Assembly (NCBI GenBank): GCA_965203905.1
Contig: CBDBDQ010000005.1
Span: forward strand, 2,272,001 to 2,336,000
DNA length: 64,000 nucleotides
Origin: Spirochaetia bacterium
Lineage (GTDB): Bacteria; Spirochaetota; Spirochaetia; SZUA-6; Bin103
Reading direction: 5' to 3'
Both the position numbers and the translations under genes were made by a program. Numbering within the stretch: position 1 is the stretch's first letter; the number at the start of each line of letters is the position of its first letter. The notes beneath the pieces were generated by a model, which worked only from the letters and a program-made list of their open reading frames with translations, did not search any database and was not told where the DNA came from. Below, piece by piece: positions 58,842-64,000 of this stretch.

Positions 58842-59678
58842 CTAACGGAGCGGCTCGCCGGTGAGCTGCTCCCAGATCTCGCGGCGGATGGCGCGCTCCT
58901 TGTAGGAGTCGCTCTGCGACACGTTCAGCGGGTTGGCGAAGGAGAGCTGGTTGAACGGGTCCGCCGCCTGGTCGCGCAGGTTCCAGTCGCGCAGCCGGTT
59001 CATGCACTGCGGGTCGTGCTTCCAGGTGGCGCCCTCGTTGTCTCCGGTGCGGGCGAACAGGAACTTGATCATGTGGCGGCGCTTGCCGGAGCGGTTGGCG
59101 GCGGTGCCGTGCCACAGGTCGTAGTGGGTGATGGCGAAGGTGCCCGCCTGCACTACCAGCGGCACCTGGCCGCGGATGTTGCCGTAGCTGCGCATGCGGT
59201 CGGTGGGCGCGTTGCGGTACTGGGTGGCCGGGACGATCATGGTGGGCCCCATGTCGGCGCTGACGTCGGTGGGGTAGAAGAGACCGAGGAACCGGTCGAG
59301 GGCGACGGAGCGCCGGTTCTTGCCGTCCTGGTGCCAGTGCATGTAGGGGGTGCCCGGCTCCTTGCAGTGCCAGTGACGGTGGAACATCGTCTCGTAGTGC
59401 TTGCCGGCCAGGCTCACCAGGGCGCCGCGCACCGCCGGATGGTCGAGCACCTCGTTCAGCTCCGGCACCTCGTCGCAGATCGCATCGCCGGGGTTGCGCT
59501 GCATCACGTCCAGCTTGGCGGCGATGGCCTCGTTCAGGCCGGGGCGCAGATCAGGCTGCACGATGTGATAGCCCTTGACGATGAAGTCGACCACCTCCAG
59601 GTCGTCGAGCAGGTAATCGGCCAGCGTGCACCGCCTGGCCTCCGTGGCGGCCGGTGCCGCCGCAACTGCCGTACTCAC
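58842..59678 (-). CDS. Phytanoyl-CoA dioxygenase (PhyH) family Fe(II)/2OG enzyme
   Basis: WHQD, MGPT.IVP.TQ and THYDLWH.....R.....R. Confidence 0.85.
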   Translation of the reverse strand: MSTAVAAAPAATEARRCTLADYLLDDLEVVDFIVKGYHIVQPDLRPGLNEAIAAKLDVMQRNPGDAICDEVPELNEVLDHPAVRGALVSLAGKHYETMFHRHWHCKEPGTPYMHWHQDGKNRRSVALDRFLGLFYPTDVSADMGPTMIVPATQYRNAPTDRMRSYGNIRGQVPLVVQAGTFAITHYDLWHGTAANRSGKRRHMIKFLFARTGDNEGATWKHDPQCMNRLRDWNLRDQAADPFNQLSFANPLNVSQSDSYKERAIRREIWEQLTGEPLR

Positions 59679-59968
59679 GTTTCCACTACCTCCATCTTCT
59701 GCAGGATGAACTGGTATCCCACCATGTCGATCTCGTTGTCGTCGTACTCCGCCTGGTGCAGGGGGAACTGCACGACCTGCCAGCCGTCCACCACCGCCTC
59801 GTGGACCGTCGCGTACGGGTACTCCGGATCCTCCGCCGTCAGTTCCATCTTGAAGCCGGGTACCGGCTCGTAGATCGTCATCTCCAGCACCGGAGACAGG
59901 ATGTTGGGGGTCTGCGCGTGCATGTACAGCAACCGCTGCCGGGGCTGGGAGCCGTTATCGTCTGCCAT
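59675..59968 (-). CDS. Small hypothetical protein coupled to the PhyH gene
   Basis: GTGA overlap. RQRLLY...PYATVHEAVVDGWQVVQFP...YQFILQKM. Confidence 0.7.
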   Translation of the reverse strand: MADDNGSQPRQRLLYMHAQTPNILSPVLEMTIYEPVPGFKMELTAEDPEYPYATVHEAVVDGWQVVQFPLHQAEYDDNEIDMVGYQFILQKMEVVET

Positions 59969-60233
59969 GGTGATCTGCGTACCTGCCGCATGGTAGTGCC
60001 GCCGGTCGTTGCAAGACAAGGCTGTACTGACGGACAGCGACCGACAGTCGGCCCCGGCCCGGTTCCGCTCCCGGTCGCGGGCGCCGTTCGACTTTGCCGG
60101 CCGGCGTTCGCGAACCACTTTGGCGGTGAAACCTTGATTAAGGACCTTGTTTGTTGCATTGATACCTTGATTTTGATACGTGCAATGGGTATAAAACACT
60201 TGTTCTTGGTGCAAGAAGGACTCTCGCGCGCGG

Positions 60234-61574
60234 ATGAAGCGGCTGATTGACTACCATTTGCAGGAATGGAAGCAGCACCCGGACCGCAAGGCGTTGCTGC
60301 TGCGCGGCGCCCGGCAGGTGGGCAAGACCTACTCGGTGCGCTCGTTCGGTCAGTCCTTCGACGAGCTGGTAGAGATAAATCTGGAGCGGAACCCCGAGTT
60401 TGCCGAGGTGTTCCGTGCCAATCTCGATCCGCGGCGGATACTGAGGGACCTCCGTCTCCTGACCGGCAAGCGTCTGCTTCCCGGCACCTCCCTGCTGTTC
60501 ATCGACGAGATTCAACAGCATCCCGCCGCGATCGTTGCCCTGCGCTACCTCTACGAAGAGACGCCGGACCTGCACGTGGTCGCTGCCGGCTCACTGCTGG
60601 AGTTCGCGCTCGACCAGGTCGGCATCCCCGCGGGGCGCGTCGCCTCCCTGCAGATGTACCCACTGTCGTTCCTGGAGTTCCTGGTTGCCCGCGAGGATCG
60701 CTCATTGGCCGAGTATCTGCTTGACCCCGCTCCGAGGCCGGCCGCCAGCGGCGCGGTCCACGACCGGTTGTTGGGTCTCGTCGGAGAGTTCCTCGTCGTC
60801 GGGGGCCTGCCGGAAGTGGCAAGTACCTGGATCGAGCATGAGGCACCCGACCGCTGCAGCGACATCCTCGACGATATCGCAACCGCGTATCGCCAGGACT
60901 TCGCCAAGTACGCAAGGCGATTCCAGATCAAGTATGTCGACCTGGTCTTCGGCGAAGTCCCGGCTCTGATGGGCAGGAAGTTCACCTACAGTTCGCTGCC
61001 GGGGAGCTGGAAGGCCCGTGAACTCGCCCCGGCGCTTGATCTGCTGTGCCAGGCCGCCGTGGTGCACAAGGTTACTCACTCGTCCGGGAACGGAGTGCCG
61101 CTCAGGGCGGAGTGCGACCCGCGGCGCTTCAAGACGCTGTTGCTCGATGTGGGGCTGGCACAGCGCATCATGGGCGCCGACGTGAGACCCTGGATACTGA
61201 ACCCCGAGGCGGCCATTCGCAACGCCGGCGGAGTGGCGGAGGCGTTCGTGGGCCAGGAGCTGTTGGCCTACAGTCGACCGCGGGCAAAGGCAGAACTGTT
61301 CTACTGGCATCGAGAGGCGCGCTCCAGCAACGCGGAGGTGGACTACCTCCTGGTAGAGGAGAACCGGGTGATCCCCGTCGAAGTAAAGAGCGGCACGACC
61401 GGTCGGCTGCGAAGTCTGCGACTGTTCCTTGACGAAAAGAGCGGCAACGCTCCGTACGGCATCCGTTTCTCAGGCCTGCCGGAGTCGACCCACGCCGATC
61501 TGCGTTCCTATCCCCTGTATGCCGTGCCCCGCGTCTTGCGCCACCAGATCCCAACCGGATGGTGGCTCGCCTGA
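60234..61574 (+). CDS. AAA_14 + DUF4143 ATP-binding protein
   Basis: GARQVGKT, FIDEIQ, AAGSLL, MYPLSFLEFL, VGGLPE and AEVDYL...IPVEVKSG. Confidence 0.92.
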   Translation: MKRLIDYHLQEWKQHPDRKALLLRGARQVGKTYSVRSFGQSFDELVEINLERNPEFAEVFRANLDPRRILRDLRLLTGKRLLPGTSLLFIDEIQQHPAAIVALRYLYEETPDLHVVAAGSLLEFALDQVGIPAGRVASLQMYPLSFLEFLVAREDRSLAEYLLDPAPRPAASGAVHDRLLGLVGEFLVVGGLPEVASTWIEHEAPDRCSDILDDIATAYRQDFAKYARRFQIKYVDLVFGEVPALMGRKFTYSSLPGSWKARELAPALDLLCQAAVVHKVTHSSGNGVPLRAECDPRRFKTLLLDVGLAQRIMGADVRPWILNPEAAIRNAGGVAEAFVGQELLAYSRPRAKAELFYWHREARSSNAEVDYLLVEENRVIPVEVKSGTTGRLRSLRLFLDEKSGNAPYGIRFSGLPESTHADLRSYPLYAVPRVLRHQIPTGWWLA

Positions 61575-61655
61575 CGGCCGTGGAGTGACCGTGCCCAGCG
61601 GGCCTGCTTCCATACCGGGGGAGGCGCCGCTAAGGTGAAGGAGGACGATACAAAA

Positions 61656-63197
61656 ATGAGTAGCTGCCCGAACATCCTGTTGCTGTTCTCCGATCAGCAT
61701 CACGCCAAGGTACTGGGGCACAAGGGTCACCCCGACGTCAGCACTCCGCACCTGGACCGCCTCGCCGCCGAGGGGGTGCGCTTCGACAACGCCATCACCC
61801 AGAATCCGATCTGCACCCCGAGCCGCACCTGCTGGCTGTCGGGCCAGTACTGCCACAACCACGGCTACTACGGCCTGAGCGGTCCCAACCCGGGCGGCCT
61901 GCCAACGCTGTTCGGACACCTGCGCCGCCACGGCTACCGCACCGGCGCCGTCGGCAAGATCCACTGCCCGGAGTACTGGGTGGAGGATGACGTCGACTTC
62001 TTCCTGGACACCTGCGGCACCAGCATCGGTGGCCGCTCGGCGGCCTACGCCGACTACCTCGCCGAGCGGGGACTTACGGAATCGGAGGACCACGGCGCGA
62101 TGCAGGAATTCGGCGCCGCCGGCCGGCAGACCTGCGACGCCCGCCCGAGCAAGGTGAGCTACGAGGATGGCCAGGAGGGCTACCTGACGCGCGCCGGCAT
62201 CGACTTCATGCGCCGCTGCGCGGACGACGGCCGTCCCTTCTTCCTGCAGGCCAACTTCCCCAAGCCGCACCAGTGCTACACGCCCGCGCAGCCGTTCTGG
62301 GACCGGTACGACGAGGCCGCCCTCACCCTGCCGCCCAACGCCGACCACGACCTGCACGGCAAGGCACCGCACCTGCAGGCCACGGTGCAGCGCTGGCGCA
62401 CCACCGACTGGCAGTTGTTCGAGCCCAAGACCTTCGCCGCCGGGCGCCTGCGCAAGCTGCACGGCTACCTGGGCAACGTCAGCCACGTCGACCACGCGGT
62501 GGGCGAGTTTCTCCAGTTCCTGGACGAAGCGGGGCTGGCGGAGGACACCATCGTGGTCTACTCCTCCGACCACGGCGACTACGCCGCCGAGTTCGGGATC
62601 ATGGAGAAGGCGCCGGGGATCTGCTCCGACGCCATCACCCGGGTGCCGTTCATCTGGCGCTGGCCGGGCCGCTTTCCCGCCGGCCGCGTCGCCGAAGAGC
62701 TGGTGGAGAGCGTCGACTTCGCCACCACGGCGTGCGCGCTGGCCGGCGCGCACGCGATGGAAGCCGGCGACGGTCACGACATCTCCCACCTGCTGCGCGG
62801 CGAGAGCGGCGCCGTGCGCCGCGTCGCGGTAACCGAGTTCGCGTTCAGCAAGAGCGTGCGCAAGGGCCGCTTCCGCTACGTCCACTACCCGGTCGGGATG
62901 TTCTCCCGCTTCGGCGCCGAATGGGAGGAGCGCGGCTTCGCCGAGCTCTACGACCTGGAGGCCGACCCCTGGGAACAGGAAAACCTGGCCCTGCTGCCGC
63001 GCCACCGCGCCACCGTGGAGGAGTTGCGCGCCGACCTGATCGACTGGCTGGTCACCACTACCCGCCCGACCACCGTGCTGCGGCTGCCCGATGCCCCCAC
63101 CGAGCAGCGCACCTGGCGCTACGGCAACCCGGTCAACCGCGACGGCAAGTTCAACCCGCGCCGCGTCACCGAGCTGGCCACCCTCAACTACCTCTGA
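61656..63197 (+). CDS. Sulfatase
   Basis: PNILLLFSDQH, TPHLDRLA, PICTPSR, PKPH and SSDHGD. Confidence 0.93.
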   Translation: MSSCPNILLLFSDQHHAKVLGHKGHPDVSTPHLDRLAAEGVRFDNAITQNPICTPSRTCWLSGQYCHNHGYYGLSGPNPGGLPTLFGHLRRHGYRTGAVGKIHCPEYWVEDDVDFFLDTCGTSIGGRSAAYADYLAERGLTESEDHGAMQEFGAAGRQTCDARPSKVSYEDGQEGYLTRAGIDFMRRCADDGRPFFLQANFPKPHQCYTPAQPFWDRYDEAALTLPPNADHDLHGKAPHLQATVQRWRTTDWQLFEPKTFAAGRLRKLHGYLGNVSHVDHAVGEFLQFLDEAGLAEDTIVVYSSDHGDYAAEFGIMEKAPGICSDAITRVPFIWRWPGRFPAGRVAEELVESVDFATTACALAGAHAMEAGDGHDISHLLRGESGAVRRVAVTEFAFSKSVRKGRFRYVHYPVGMFSRFGAEWEERGFAELYDLEADPWEQENLALLPRHRATVEELRADLIDWLVTTTRPTTVLRLPDAPTEQRTWRYGNPVNRDGKFNPRRVTELATLNYL

Positions 63198-63284
63198 ACG
63201 GGCCCGGGTGCATTCTTTCTCTGTGGCACCTGCGGCATCTGTGGTACGGGAACAGAGACCCCTCCCGGAGATTCGATGATGTGG

Positions 63285-64000
63285 TAAGGACTCTCGCCAA
63301 AATAAAGTGATCGAACGGAGTAGCCGATAATCTACTCAGACGTAGTGGACCCAATTCTCACCCAAGCGGTCAAGACCAAGTTCGCAGCCCTGAATCCATT
63401 GTTTGACGAGCGCCTCCGGCGCCGCTGGGCTGCGGTGGAGGCGCGCCTGCTGGGCCGTGGCGGCATCGCCTGTGTGGCGGCCGCCACCGGGATCTCGCGG
63501 ACCACCATTCACGCCGGGCTGAAGGAACTGGATGCCGGCGCAGCAGCAGGGGCACAAGCCAACAGCGGACGCCAGCGACGACCCGGCGCAGGCCGTAAGC
63601 CGTTGACCGCCCGCGACCCGAAGTTGACACAGGCGCTGGAGCGGTTGGTCGACCCGGTCACCCGCGGCGACCCGATGGGGCCGTTGCTGTGGACCTGCAG
63701 TAGCGCGGCGCGGTTGGCCGAGGAACTGCAGGCGGCCGGTCACCCGGTGAGCGAGCGGACCGTGAACCGGCTGTTGCATGAGTTGGGCTACAGCCTGCAG
63801 GCCAACCGCAAGACGCTGGAAGGCACGCAGCATGTCGACCGCGATGCGCAGTTCAAGCACATCAACCGGAGGGTGCGCGCGTTTCAGGCTCTGCGGCAGC
63901 CGGTAGTTTCTGTTGACACCAAGAAAAAGGAGTTGGTGGGCGAGTACCGCAACGGGGGTCGAGAGTGGCGCCCGAAGGGCCAACCGGAGCGCGTCAAGGT
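63285..64000 (+). mobile_element. ISAzo13-family insertion sequence, transposase from GTG 63345, 3' partial
   Basis: DERLRRRWAAVEA..LGRGGI, RRPGAGRK, TRGDPMGPLLWT, GYSLQANRKT.EG, DRDAQF.HIN and SVDTKKKELVG. Confidence 0.93.

Noticed and set aside
63336-63983. 215-aa minus-strand ORF
   Set aside because: Antisense shadow of the ISAzo13 transposase.

Overview
A GC-rich bacterial window. The signal-peptide style of the solute-binding proteins and the gene repertoire suggest a Spirochaetota-like, possibly host-associated organism (inference only). Contents in order: an F420-linked cluster (cofE, npdG, HxlR regulator, NitT/TauT ABC transporter, two LLM oxidoreductases); three paralogous family-5 ABC cassettes (binding protein plus two permeases, no ATPase) and the 3' stump of a fourth; a sugar ABC locus; an allantoin operon (puuE-alc-allA) coupled to an ADP-ribosylglycohydrolase; a locus with three sulfatases, a DUF2961 protein, a lactonase and an aldo/keto reductase; many toxin-antitoxin modules, several with the toxin deleted and the antitoxin kept; stand-alone AAA ATPase/nuclease genes; and an ISAzo13 element at the right edge. 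The strongest signal is an IS110 bridge-recombinase element whose ends can be read from the sequence at about 39372-43226. Joining the ends builds TTGACA-N17-TAGAAT, and the predicted bridge RNA carries guide matches to both ends. About 2.4 kb of passenger DNA lies inside it: an IS21 remnant, a ~343-bp hairpin-rich tandem repeat, tandem DnaA-box-like motifs and a G-quadruplex motif. The element splits a long conserved leader of one transporter cassette. All calls come from reading motifs by eye; no database searches were run.
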